The notes under the pieces: model-generated
Seen by the model: the letters and a program-made list of their open reading frames with translations, nothing else
The model's database searches: none
What the model was told of the DNA's origin: nothing
Program-made: the position numbers and the translations under genes
DNA from: Eledone cirrhosa
Taxonomy: Eukaryota
Assembly: GCA_964016885.1 (NCBI GenBank)
Contig: OZ024760.1
Coordinates: 17,360,001 to 17,424,000, forward strand
DNA: 64,000 bases
Direction: 5' to 3'
Shown here: positions 42,594 to 54,318 of the stretch, piece by piece
How the letters are laid out: every line of letters begins with the position of its first letter
Numbering within the stretch: position 1 is the first letter of the stretch

Positions 42594-42976
42594 TTCTAAA
42601 GCTGCGTTCATTCGTCACCTACATGACCACATGGTCGAAATACGGGTTGGACGTTCTTGGAGATCGAAACCTAAAACTCTACTGGGAGTTCGTGTGTAAC
42701 AATTTGGTACAACACTTCCTACTTTACAAACACGTGTTCTGTTCGGTGCCACGGAAGGCGACCCAGATCAGTCGAACTGTGCACACCCCCACCGAACCCG
42801 AGCCCTTGTCAGAAGGTAAACCAATTGAAATATGGAATTATGAGCGACAGCTAACGGAAATTGCACAGGAGGAGAAGGAACTGTGTAAGATGCAGGAGGT
42901 GGTAGGGACGAAATGCCCAAAGGAAATATTTGATGAGTTTCTCGGCGACCCAGCAAAAGAGAGTTTTACTGAAGAG
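42594..42976 (+). CDS. C8orf74: C8orf74-like protein, exon 3
   Basis: LVQHFLLYKHVF...PTEPEPLSEGKPIEIWNYERQL vs recalled FIRHYKLYQYVL...PPHPLPLAEGMDRDLWIHEQQV; ttccag / GTAAGG. Confidence 0.85.
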
Positions 42977-43020
42977 GTAAGGTTTTAGACATGTGTGTGC
43001 GTGTATGTATGCATATATAT

Positions 43021-43253
43021 ATAGGAACAAGTAAGACCCCGACGGCTGAGCTCAAGCCGTTTCGACGGCTAATTCTGTAATAATGTACTTCTGTACTAAT
43101 GTACTTCTGTACTAATGTACAGAATTAGCCGTCGAAACGGCTTGAGCTCAGCCGTCGGGGTCTTACTTGTTCCTATTACCCACTCTACTACCCTAAGTAT
43201 TGAGTACTTTGGTGCGTTATGGTCCACCTGGTTCCTTACCACATTTCCTTCGT

Positions 43254-43254
<1 letters not shown>
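43021..43254 (+). mobile_element. family A fold-back element with perfect 59-bp arms
   Basis: 43021-43079 is the reverse complement of 43118-43176; flanked by (TA)n. Confidence 0.85.
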
Positions 43255-43285
<31 letters not shown>

Positions 43286-44185
43286 ATATGAGAATAAACG
43301 TGCTGCGGGGTTGCAAATGGGTTACATATGAATAAAGTGGTCCTTCATCAGTGATCTTCCAACCATCATCGGTATTTCTTCGCTTTAAAGACCATATACC
43401 TCCGGTTGGTGCGAGCAACGGCTAAAGAAAGTCGTTGGGACACGTAAATAAAGGGAACAGCGAGAGGTAAACAAACAAAGATGGTGAAGCAACGAAAAGT
43501 GAGGTAGAACGATATATATATATATATATATATATGTGTGTAGTAATTCCGCCGGAAAGGTCCAGGAAAAAAGAGTGCTCTATGTAGGTTATTTATTTGT
43601 TGTCTGTATCGCTGTCAACTTTATAATAATTTTTTTATTCATTTTTATTCTTATGTGACGGTATTTTTATTATTATACTCTTTCTTATAATTATTTGTGT
43701 GTGTGCGTATGTAGGTGTGTGTACATATATCTATATTTGTGCATGCGTGTATATATATGTGTGTATGTATGTGTATATATATATATATGCATGTGTGTGT
43801 GTGTGTGTGTGCGCGCGTGTTTGTGTATTTGTATGTATGGATATGTTGATATATATGTGTGTATGTATCTATGTGTATATATACATATATGTGTGTGTAT
43901 GTGTGTGTATATATATGTGTGTGTATGTGTGTATATATATGTGTGTATGTATATATGTGGGTGTATGTAATTGTGTGTGTGTGTGTGTGTGTGTGTGTTT
44001 ATTTTTCCTTTCCTTCTTCCTTTTCCAGCCTCACTTTCATATAGATTATATTTCTGTTTTTAAAATCCAATGTCAATAAATACACAAGGATTTTTTCATT
44101 CTGATGATTGAAAGCAAAATTTGTTTGCTTTTAAGAAACCACTGGTAAATGAAATAATTGCCTTATGTTGTTTATTACATAACTA

Positions 44186-44274
<89 letters not shown>

Positions 44275-44764
44275 TATCCCGGGTTCAATGAGAGGTAACC
44301 ACCATAAGTATAAAGTTCCCCTCCGAGACACTAGTCCGGGGCAAGGTTGTTTGTGGGAGACAGACAGAGAGGCAGACAGATAGATAGATAGAATGATAGA
44401 TAACTTTCTATTTATTTGCCACCAGGGCATCAAAGATTGGGACAAATACAAGGGGGGGGGGTTAGATACATTTCAAAGGAGGTGTAAAAACATATAACAA
44501 ATCAAATTCAACAATCGAAGTCCTCAATAGGGAGGGGCCGTTGACGTAGGTCGCACACACTATTGAAAAAAATGTGCAACCCTCCTCTTCAGGAGCACAA
44601 AGAGCAGGTGCTCCCTTCCTCTCCTCCTCTCACCTACAGGCTGATATAGAGAGAAGGCCCATTCACTCGGGCCATTCTCATTAAGATATATATATATATA
44701 ATGATTCCACCTTCAGTACATATTCTTCTCTATACGATATATGGTTCTTTCTCTCTCTCTCTCC

Positions 44765-44796
<32 letters not shown>

Positions 44797-45275
44797 GTAT
44801 ATATATAGATATAAAGAGGGAGAGACAGATACGTACAGAGACAGAGAGAGAACGAGAGAGAGAGAAGGATACATGCAGAGAGGGAGAGAGACAGATACAT
44901 ACAGAGAACGAGAGAGAGGTGGGTATGAGATGTTTGACAATTGGAAATAAGCAAGACATAAGCAGTATGTGGTGATGATGATGGCAGCAGCGGCGGCGGT
45001 GAACATTGAAAGCTATTGTCAAGAAATCAAAGAGTTCGGCGGCAAAGGTTTGGTAGCGAAGTGGTGAGGGAGAAGATGGCGGCGGTGGTGAGTTTAAAGA
45101 ATTTCATAACACTAATGGCAGTGGTGGTGAGGTGGGACGGTGGTCATATAGGTGGATAGGTAATGAGGGAGGGGGTTTGACAGATTTTTTTCCTTTGATC
45201 ATGATGACCAACAACCCCCCACCCCATTCACCGCTCCTCAAAAAATACAGGAAAAGATAAACAACATAAGACAAT

Positions 45276-45353
45276 TATACCATTTACCAAAGGTTTCACG
45301 AAGACAGACGAGCTCAACAGAAACGTCTGAAATCGCTCATCAGAATTAGCATA
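45276..45353 (-). ncRNA. type I hammerhead ribozyme (family G)
   Basis: Minus strand UAUGCUAAUU-CUGAUGA-GCGA..CAGACG..CGUCUG..UCGU-GAAA-CC-UUU-GG-UA-AAUGGUAUA; all three stems pair; GUA triplet, cut after 45285. Confidence 0.8.
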
Positions 45354-45574
45354 CATAGAGCACTCTCCTTTCCTTTACCGTTCCTACGGAAATACTTTAT
45401 ATATATATATATAATATATATATATATATATACCAGTACAACCACATTTCAGGGTTGACTGGGTATTTTTTGTCATGGTACCAATACTACCCCCTTACAG
45501 GGTAGACTGGATGCTTTTTGTTTGGTGCAGTCTGCGACTAACCCAGGTTCTGCTGCACGTCGGCCTGGGGAGGC

Positions 45575-45690
45575 CAAACTCCGACAGGTTTGCGGTTGTA
45601 CCCTTGGCAGTGGAGACTTCTGGTGTCTTCGACCCTAGCTCTACCTCCCTACTCACCACCATAGGCGCTGAGCTGGCCAGCCGCAGTGGT
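45575..45690 (+). mobile_element. CRE-like non-LTR retrotransposon C-terminal (RLE endonuclease) fragment
   Basis: FAVVPLAVETSGVFDPSSTSLLTTIGAELASRSG resembles the FVPxAxETxG motif. Confidence 0.55.
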
Positions 45691-46415
45691 AGTAGTAGTG
45701 GTGGTGGTGGTGGTGGTGGTGATAATGGTAGTAGTAGTAGTAGTAGTGGTAATAGTACAAATCTGGAGAGGAATAAATACGCTCCAACAGTTTTTAAATG
45801 ATCTCAAATCATGCTATGCATCACGATGGTGTCCCTACGACACCACCAGCAGTAAAGGCCCCACGGATATATGGTAGTAAACATTGGTTCTTGCAGTAAA
45901 GTCGTTTAAAAAGATATTTCAAGACGAAATATCTCCAATCTTGTCTGTACATCATCTCCACAGTCGAAGGAAAAATCTTGTCTTTCGTTACCCTCAATCG
46001 CTATATTGTATAATTTTGGTCGCGGTTACATATTCATTGTGACATCATAAGCGAATACACATACACACATATATATATATATGCATGTATGTATATGTAT
46101 ATATAAATATATACACACACACACACACAAGCAGATATATATATATAAATATATACACACACACACATACATACAAGCATATATATCATCATCATCGTTT
46201 AACATCCATCTTCCACGCTTGCATGGGTTTGGACGGGAGTTTTCCCACTTGAGGCAAGATTGGTTGTCCTGCTCGTATATAAATATAGACACACACGTAC
46301 ATACAAGCATATATATATATAGACACACGCACACACATATATATATATAAATAGACACACATACTCATATATATAAGTACCTGTTGCAGGTATGTTAACC
46401 AGCACGATATAAAAT

Positions 46416-47072
46416 ATGCAGCTAATAAGCCAAATTCGTTATTTGCCTGGTCGGTATATCTTCCATAATAATAAACCTTGTCTACAAATATTTCGTAACG
46501 ACCAAATCATTCTACACAGGCAACAGAGACAAGAGAAAAAAATTAATGAGTTATTTACTCTACCAAATTTTAATATCAAAAGGAAGGAGTATTCTGAAAG
46601 AAGAATTCTTGGTTATTCAATGAAAAAAATATTTACTGTCGTATCCGACGTTGAAAGTTACCCCGAGTTTGTTCCTTGGTGTAGGAAAGCCATTATATTT
46701 GAAAGGCAACCAGAAGACTTCAAAGCAATATTAGAGATATGGTTTCCACCGTTTATTGAACGATATACATCTGTAGTAACTTTAACTAAACCACATCTTG
46801 TTAAGTCTCAATGTATAAATAGCAAGTTGTTTCATTTACTAGAAACAACGTGGACATTTAAGCCAGGTTTACCAAAAAATGAAGACACTTGTCAACTCAA
46901 CTTTGCAATAGCTTTTCAATTCAGGTCAACCTTACATTCGCATTTGTCAAGCTTATTTTTTGATAAAGTTGTTAAACAAATGGTAGAATCTTTTCTGAAA
47001 AGAACAAGACATATTTACGGCCCAGAATCTATCGAAAGTCAAAAACCACAAATTCTTAAATATATATCTTGA
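46416..47072 (+). CDS. COQ10: coenzyme Q-binding protein COQ10 (START domain), single-exon, nested
   Basis: KEYSERRILGYSM...FVPWC...FPPFIERYTSVVTL.KPHLVK...FRSTLHSHL..LFFDKVVKQMV; basic N-terminal extension compatible with a mitochondrial presequence. Confidence 0.93.
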   Translation: MQLISQIRYLPGRYIFHNNKPCLQIFRNDQIILHRQQRQEKKINELFTLPNFNIKRKEYSERRILGYSMKKIFTVVSDVESYPEFVPWCRKAIIFERQPEDFKAILEIWFPPFIERYTSVVTLTKPHLVKSQCINSKLFHLLETTWTFKPGLPKNEDTCQLNFAIAFQFRSTLHSHLSSLFFDKVVKQMVESFLKRTRHIYGPESIESQKPQILKYIS

Positions 47073-47758
47073 CTGACACAAAGTATAACTTTATATAATT
47101 ATTTATTTGCTTACCTTTTACGTTTTTCAGTCATTCATACCATTGACCTCGCTGTGTATATGCATGCATATATATAAATATACACATACATACATACATA
47201 TTTATAAATACATAATTGTATTTATAAAGTATATATATAAATACATTCATATATACACATACATACATGCATATTTATAAAATATAATATATATATATAC
47301 ATAGATACTCGCTAGCCAATATGACAGCCCGCTGTGTTTCCTTCTTCACGAGTCAACAAACCCATAACCTAAGTCTTACACGGGTGAACAAAACAATAAC
47401 AAACAAACAAATGTCGAACTAAAGTCACTACACGAGTTAACTCCCCTGAAGTTATCTCCCTTAGAAAATATGTGAAGCCTGAGACTTAGGCTTGTCTTTT
47501 TTTTCTTACTCTTTAGTGAAGAAGGGTAAATATCCTCAAACGGCGGTCTTGGTCTGAATGCTTGTAACGGAGAGAGGATTCTGTGGTACTGGTCAACCCA
47601 GGCAGAGGATTATGCCTAAGTTTATCACTTCCACGCACACATATATATATATATTTAGATATATAGTTCGGATTTAGCTGTCGAGGCGGCCGGAGCTCAG
47701 CCGTCGGGGTCCTGACTCTTTTCCTTTATATATAGATAGATCTGTATATATACATGTA

Positions 47759-47838
<80 letters not shown>

Positions 47839-48054
47839 TAGATGTGTGTACGTGTGTATATATATATGTGTGTGCGTGTTTATGTATATATATGCGTGTA
47901 TGTATAAATATGTGTGTGCATTATGTATGCACGTGTATCTGTCTTTTCTCTTGACGTTTAACTACGCAGGTTATATTTGTTTACGTTCCGCATTTACAAA
48001 GGTCCCACTACTTGCTTGTTGATGATGTACACCCAGAGTTATTTTTTCTTACAG

Positions 48055-48196
48055 AATCTGGAGAGTTTGGTGAAGAATTTGTCTTCAGTTTACTGTAATA
48101 AAATACAGGACATGTTGGTGGCGAACATCGAACATAAACACCAGGAGATGTTGCTAAACATCAAAAGAGTTCTCTTACCTCGCCCTCCAGCTATGG
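48055..48196 (+). CDS. C8orf74: C8orf74-like protein, exon 4
   Basis: NLESLVKNL...IQDMLVANIEH...LLPRPPAM; ttacag / GTAAGT, phases 0 and 1. Confidence 0.8.
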
Positions 48197-48688
48197 GTAA
48201 GTTGATATATATATATATATATACACTTCTACCATTGGGTTGTCTATTTTCAATTAAATGATGATGATGCAAGAGCATTGGCCTTGCAATCGAAAGGTTG
48301 TGAGTTCAATTCTCAGACCGGGTGATGTGTTGTTTCCTTGAGCAAGACACTTTATTTCACATTGCTCCAGTTTACTCAGCTGTAGAAATGAGATGATAGG
48401 GACTGGGGTCCCTATCATTCCACTGCAAAGTGGTCGTGGAGGTGCCACGACAAAAAAGCACCCAGCACTCACTGTAAATGAGGTTGGTGTTAGGAAGGGC
48501 ATCCAGCTGTAGAAATCAAGCCAGAATCAGTTCCTGTCCCACCCTTGCAAGCAGGGAAAAAGCAGACGTAAAATGAAATGATGATGGTGGTGGTGGTGGT
48601 AGTGGTGATGGTTGTGATGATGGTGGTAATGGCTGTTATGATGATGATGGTAGTGATGTGATGTTAATTATTCTCTTCCTCTCCACAG

Positions 48689-48732
48689 GTCCCCCAACAA
48701 AACTGAAGCCGAAAGGTCTATCTGTTGGATAA
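48689..48732 (+). CDS. C8orf74: C8orf74-like protein, terminal exon (total CDS 813 nt, 270 aa)
   Basis: ccacag acceptor, GPPTKLKPKGLSVG*, AATAAA at 48804. Confidence 0.7.
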
Positions 48733-49386
48733 ACAGCAACATTCGAGATATTTGAACCCCTGCCCAGTCTGTTATCCTTACTACTGACAACTTTACAACA
48801 TTGAATAAATATTGCCTATTTTAGAACAGTTTTGATTTTAGGTCTGTGCAATAACCCTTGACCTAGGGCTAAACAAGGAAAAAAATCATTAGATAATGTA
48901 GCCACCAACATATAATATATATATATATGTGTGTATATATATATATAATATAATATATGTATATATATATAATATATATATGTCATCATCATCATGCATG
49001 GCTGAGTGGTTAGAGAATTGGATTCACACTCATGAAGTTATAATTTCGATTCCCGGACCAGGTGATGTATTGTGTCCTTCATCAAGACACTTTATTTCAC
49101 ATTGCTGCTCCTGCCTGGATTTGCGACCGACAGATAGTATTAGCACTTGGGAAGACCAATGGGAACATTGTTTTCTGCCTGAAGAGCTCCACCCCATTCA
49201 TTAAGCAAATGGGGTCTTGAATCTTGTTGATATATATATCATCGTTTAATGTTCATCTTCCACAGGTGACTGTGTCTTGCTCAAATAGAACAGTTTCTGG
49301 CCAGGTTGCTACAGTTGGATGCCCTTCCTAACGCCAACCACATTTAATCTATGCTGGGTGATTTTTGTCGTGACATCTATACGACC

Positions 49387-49426
<40 letters not shown>

Positions 49427-49796
49427 ACAGTCCACGCTGTAATGTGGTCGTGTAGGTAACACGATAAAAAGGTCCCAGTCCACACTGTAAATATGGTTGG
49501 TGTTAGGAAGGGCATCCAGCCGTATAGTCCTATACGAGCGAGACACGGTCACCCAACCAATCTTGCCTCAAATGGGACAATTCCCGCCTGACCGATGCTA
49601 GCGTTGATGATATCATTTAACATCCGCTTTACCAGCTAGTAAGAGCTAGATGGGTCTACATCAGTACTGAAGCAGGTATACTGACCTCCCAGACAGGCCA
49701 ATAACTACAATAACAGCAGCAACAATAAGAATATGGTGAGGTAAACATAACTTTATTGCAGTCATTCTCCACAGATCATTAAAAAAAAAAAAAGGA

Positions 49797-49878
49797 CTAC
49801 ATCTCCATTTCAAAGTCAAAGTAAGCTTGATCGAAGTAATGCACACGCACATAACCATCTTCACCACCACTGCTGAAG
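49797..49878 (-). CDS. EIF3I: eIF3 subunit I, terminal exon (total CDS 978 nt, 325 aa)
   Basis: [27 protein letters not shown]; AATAAA on minus strand at 49752-49757. Confidence 0.95.
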
Positions 49879-50910
49879 CTGTAATAGAAACACAATAATT
49901 CAGAATTGTATTGAAATGGAATGGTGCAATCTTCCCTTTCATCATCATACTTTAACATTTAACTCTTTAGCATTTACATTACTCTATATATACTATTGTA
50001 TTTTCATGGTTAAATGCTTTACCTCACATAGCATTTACATTACTCTATATATACTATTATATTTTCAGGGTAAAGGCTTTACCTCACATAGCATTTACAT
50101 TACTCTATATATACTATTGTATTTTCATGGTTAAAGGCTTTACCTCACATAATATTGAATCTATGAGATATTGAATATCATATATTTTGAGAACAATACC
50201 TTAACATAAGTATGAGCAGCCAGTTTGAACAGAAACAGGTGAGAGAATTCTGACCAGATATGGCAGGTTTAAACCAGCCATATCTGGCCAGAATTCTCTC
50301 ACCTTTTCTGTTCAAACCGGCTGTAACTGGCCACACATACTGATGTTAAGGTATAGGTCTCAAAATAAATAGCATCAAAATTTCATAGGTTCAATATTAT
50401 GTGAAGTAAAGCTTTTACCACTGAAATACAATAGTACATATAGAGTAATGTAAAAGCTAAAGGGTTAATGTCTGTTTTCCACGGTAGCATGGGTTAGACG
50501 GGTTGTCCCATTTGAAGTAAGTCAGGTGACCGTGTCTTGCTCATACAGAACTGTTTCTGGCTTTGTTTCTATGTCTGGATGCCCTTCCTGATGCCAACCA
50601 CATTACAGTGTGGGCTGGGCGTTTTTTGTCTGACACCTACACAACCACACAGAAGCAAATAACAAAGGAGCCTTTATGTGGTTGCTTGACCTACTAGAAA
50701 TGGCAGCCAAACGCCCCTTGAAATCACATCCTACTGACTTCAAAATAGGTGCTGCACATTGGATAATGTAGCCCCAGATAACTGGAAACACTTTGGATCA
50801 TATGTCTGACCTAGAGCTAAAGGTCATAGGCCTGACCTAGAGTAAGGCTCATAAGTCTGACCTAGGGCTAAAAAGAATAAAATATAATAAATTTAAAAAA
50901 ATTAGCTTAC

Positions 50911-51077
50911 CTTTTACCATCAGGGTGGAAAGCAACACTGTTTATGGGTCCAAAATGACCCTTGACACGGCCAAATTCTTCCTCAAATATTAAATGGAAA
51001 AAGCGGGCATCAAATTTGCCGACCCTGGCAGATGTAGTTGTTACCTCCATGGCTTCTTGACCCCCTCCAAGGACAAC
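50911..51077 (-). CDS. EIF3I: eIF3i exon 8
   Basis: [55 protein letters not shown]. Confidence 0.97.
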
Positions 51078-51379
51078 CTAGAACACAATATAGAAAACAT
51101 GTTAGTATGGTCATTATCACATTGGTCCCCTGTTTAGTCAGGGCCCTTTATGTTCGGAGTTATGGTAAATAATTGGTTCTATTTTTGGCACAAGGCCAGC
51201 ATACCCCAGTGCATTACTGGTGTTCTATTTTATCAACCCCATAAGGATGAAAGGCAAAGTTGAACTCAGACCGTAAAGGGCAATAACTCTATACTGCAAA
51301 GCATGGTGTCCAACCTTCCACTGATACTGCCAGTCCACCACGCTTTGTTCTGGTAAACAATAATAACAATATGGCTTAC

Positions 51380-51469
51380 ATGTTCTTTTAATGATGACAT
51401 TGATGCTGAGTTGACTGGGCGCTCGGTTCTGTAAGTCTTCATCAACTGCAAGGAACTTGAATCAAAGAG
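51380..51469 (-). CDS. EIF3I: eIF3i exon 7
   Basis: LFDSSSLQLMKTYRTERPVNSASMSSLKEH; cag / GTAAGC. Confidence 0.95.
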
Positions 51470-51895
51470 CTGGAATGGAGGAGGAGAAAATTGGAATAGA
51501 GATATTGATATTGAAAGTGAGATGTTGGTGTATATTGATATCAATAGTAAGATATTGGTATGCTATAGATAGGGAGATATTGGTAGAGGGATACTGATAG
51601 GGAGATATTAGATATTAGTATTGATAGAGATGAAGATGATTGGTCTCTCGTCAATGAATGTCCAACTCTTAAGTGGCTGAGTATTCCACAGATATGTTAT
51701 ATGTACCCTTAATGTAATTCTCAGGCAGGAGCAGTGTATCAGGATATGCGACAAAGCTAGAACTTTGAACTACAGTAAACTAGAAGCCACAAACATCTTG
51801 TTGACAGAGGCCAACATTTACACCACAACAGTGGTTAAAACAAACAAATTAAGCAATGATACAATATGTAGAAAATAGTGAGTAGATATACATAC

Positions 51896-52006
51896 CTTGG
51901 CAGTGTTATCTTTTGAAGCAGTTATTAACATAGTCTGGTCCAGGGAAGCCTGAATATCATTAATTGGTCGCTTGTGGTCAGCTACAGTAAGAACTTGATC
52001 ACCAGT
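51896..52006 (-). CDS. EIF3I: eIF3i exon 6
   Basis: TGDQVLTVADHKRPINDIQASLDQTMLITASKDNTAK. Confidence 0.95.
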
Positions 52007-52467
52007 CTAGCAGAAGTAGAGAGGAATATTTAACTATAATATTGATTTTTAATTCAGGTACAAAATCAGTTAATTTTGAGGGGGGAGGGCCCACGTTGAT
52101 TAACCCTTTCATGACTGCATTTCTAATGAAATACACTATTTCAATTAATTAAGAATTTTTAGGGATTTACTAAAATCATTATTTCATTACTAAGATAGTA
52201 ATTTAAACCTTTAAAATGGGTGACTTTATTTTATAGAACAGTGTGGGTAAAGGTGTGGTGTGATCAGGATGTAGGTGGGATGTTAGGGCATCAGAGGTAT
52301 ATAGAAGGGATGAATATCTTTTTCAATTATTTTCATGTTGTTGCCCAGATTTGGGGGCAATACACATAGCTAACGTTTAGGGTTCAAACAATTAATGAAT
52401 ATAAGTCCTGGAATGATCTAAACCCCACTAACTATGTCCCGTCTGTTCCCACATCTAGAATACATAC

Positions 52468-52595
52468 CTTAATATCATAGTGTCTCAATTCTCCGTTTTC
52501 ATGGCCTGTTATCAGGTATTCATCATAAGGGCCCCACAGGCCACAGGTAACTTTGGAATCGCTTACTTCTACAGTTCTTGCAGGTTTACAGTTTG
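52468..52595 (-). CDS. EIF3I: eIF3i exon 5
   Basis: DSKVTCGLWGPYDEYLITGHENGELRHYDIK. Confidence 0.95.
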
Positions 52596-52996
52596 CTGGA
52601 AAGATAAAGAATTAGTGAAGGTTAGCATTGCATCTGATTAGAGTTGAGAGATCGAATCTTTCCATGTTGGCCTTTGTTATTTTACCCTGTGGTCCACCAA
52701 GTTAACCCTTTAGCCTTTAAACAGGCTGCATCCAGCCAGAATTCTCTCACCTCTTTCTGTTCAAACCAGCTGTAACCAGCCACTCATACTGATATTAAGG
52801 TATTGTTCTCAAAATAAATATCAAAATCTCATAGATTTGATACTATGTAAGGTAAAGCCTTTACAGTGAAAATATAATAGTAAATATAGATTAATGTAAA
52901 TGCTAAAGGGTTAAAATCTCCCCATTCATTCATGACTGACCATAGGTTTGCACCTGGAAAATTCTCAAAGGTACAAAACTGGGCTATATTTGATAT

Positions 52997-53240
52997 CAGA
53001 GGTTTTCAAAGTGGGCACTACCGCCTTCTCGGGGTCATTGAGAAGGTCCAGTGGGGCCTAAGGGGGTGGTATTGATATAACAGTATATCAAATGATATAT
53101 TATATATAAATATAGTAAAATAAAAAAATATATTTATTTATACATAGTATATATTATATTATTTACAATTTGCATGTAGGGGTGGGGGGCACATAGTATT
53201 ATGTGGCCGTGAGGGGAGGGGGGGATTTTGAAAACCTCTA
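52997..53240. mobile_element. hAT-type MITE in an eIF3i intron
   Basis: TIR CAGAGGTTTTCAAA / TTTGAAAACCTCTA; 8-bp TSD TTTGATAT / TTTTATAT. Confidence 0.7.
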
Positions 53241-53394
53241 TTTTATATGAAAGGACAGCAGTCACCAATGCATGTTAGTCGCCTTTCTCCAATGCTGCCC
53301 AAGGTGAAAGGCCAAAACAGCTTGGTCCCTGTCATCACAACATATCTCCAGCTGACCAATCAACTCAACAACAATAACAAGCAATCTGACTTAC

Positions 53395-53544
53395 TGATTT
53401 GTGAATCGTCTCTGCTGTCGTATATGTGTATAGTACACTGGTGTCCCATGGTGGTATCTGTGGAGAACATAATCAACTGACCACTGTATGAGAAACCATT
53501 GGTCCTCACAGCTGTGCTAGTTGGAATAGTCACCAAGGCAATAC
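53395..53544 (-). CDS. EIF3I: eIF3i exon 4
   Basis: TAVRTNGFSYSGQLIMFSTDTTMGHQCTIHIYD. Confidence 0.95.
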
Positions 53545-53921
53545 CTGAAATAGAGAACAACATCAACAACACTTGTTTACATAGTCAACCGTTTAGAATT
53601 TGACACAAAATCTAATCAGCAAACATGAAGGAATTAATGATGGCAAAAGTGGTCTAAAACTTCTCCCAGCTTGACCGTAACTGTGGGTTGACTAACACCT
53701 TAAGACATAGTCACCATCACCGTTTAAAGTCTATTTTTCCATGCTCACATGGGTTAGACAGGTCATCCATGTCACAAGACAAGCCTGACCAGCTGGCCGC
53801 ACCATACCCGTCTCAGATGGAACTGTATTTTGGCTAAGATTTTTACAGCTGGATGCCCTTCCTAACACCAACCATGTTTACAGTGTTGAATGTATCAAGA
53901 GAAAAAAAAAATTGTTCTTAC

Positions 53922-53987
53922 CTTTTTCGCAGTCCCACAAACGGCAACTGTTGTCAGCAGAACCGGTCAGTAGTTTCTGGGTACCCC
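53922..53987 (-). CDS. EIF3I: eIF3i exon 3
   Basis: WGTQKLLTGSADNSCRLWDCEKG. Confidence 0.95.
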
Positions 53988-54318
53988 CTAAAGTAGTTTG
54001 TTAAGGAAATACTCAATGTTACATGTAACAATCTAACAACTAGCAGATCTAGATGTAAAGGAAAGGACTATAAATATCATAAAGGAGGGAAAAAGTAAGG
54101 CCATGGAAGAAAATCAGGGGTATGGTGAAAAGGTGACAGGCTATATCCCTAGGGTGAGGCGGTGTTTTGGTTGCACCGAGACATATCTTAACAAAAGTGT
54201 CTTACATAAAATTTGGGTTTTTACATAACTATAACCACTATAAATCAAATAGCTTTGTCTCTTTGAACCTGAGGGTAGTGTCAGGTTGTTTAGCATCAAG
54301 AGTTTAAAAAAAGGATAC
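53988..54318 (-). other. U12-type (minor spliceosome) GT-AG intron
   Basis: Donor GTATCCTTT; branch site TTTCCTTAAC (54009-54000) about 12 nt before the acceptor; no long pyrimidine tract. Confidence 0.93.
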
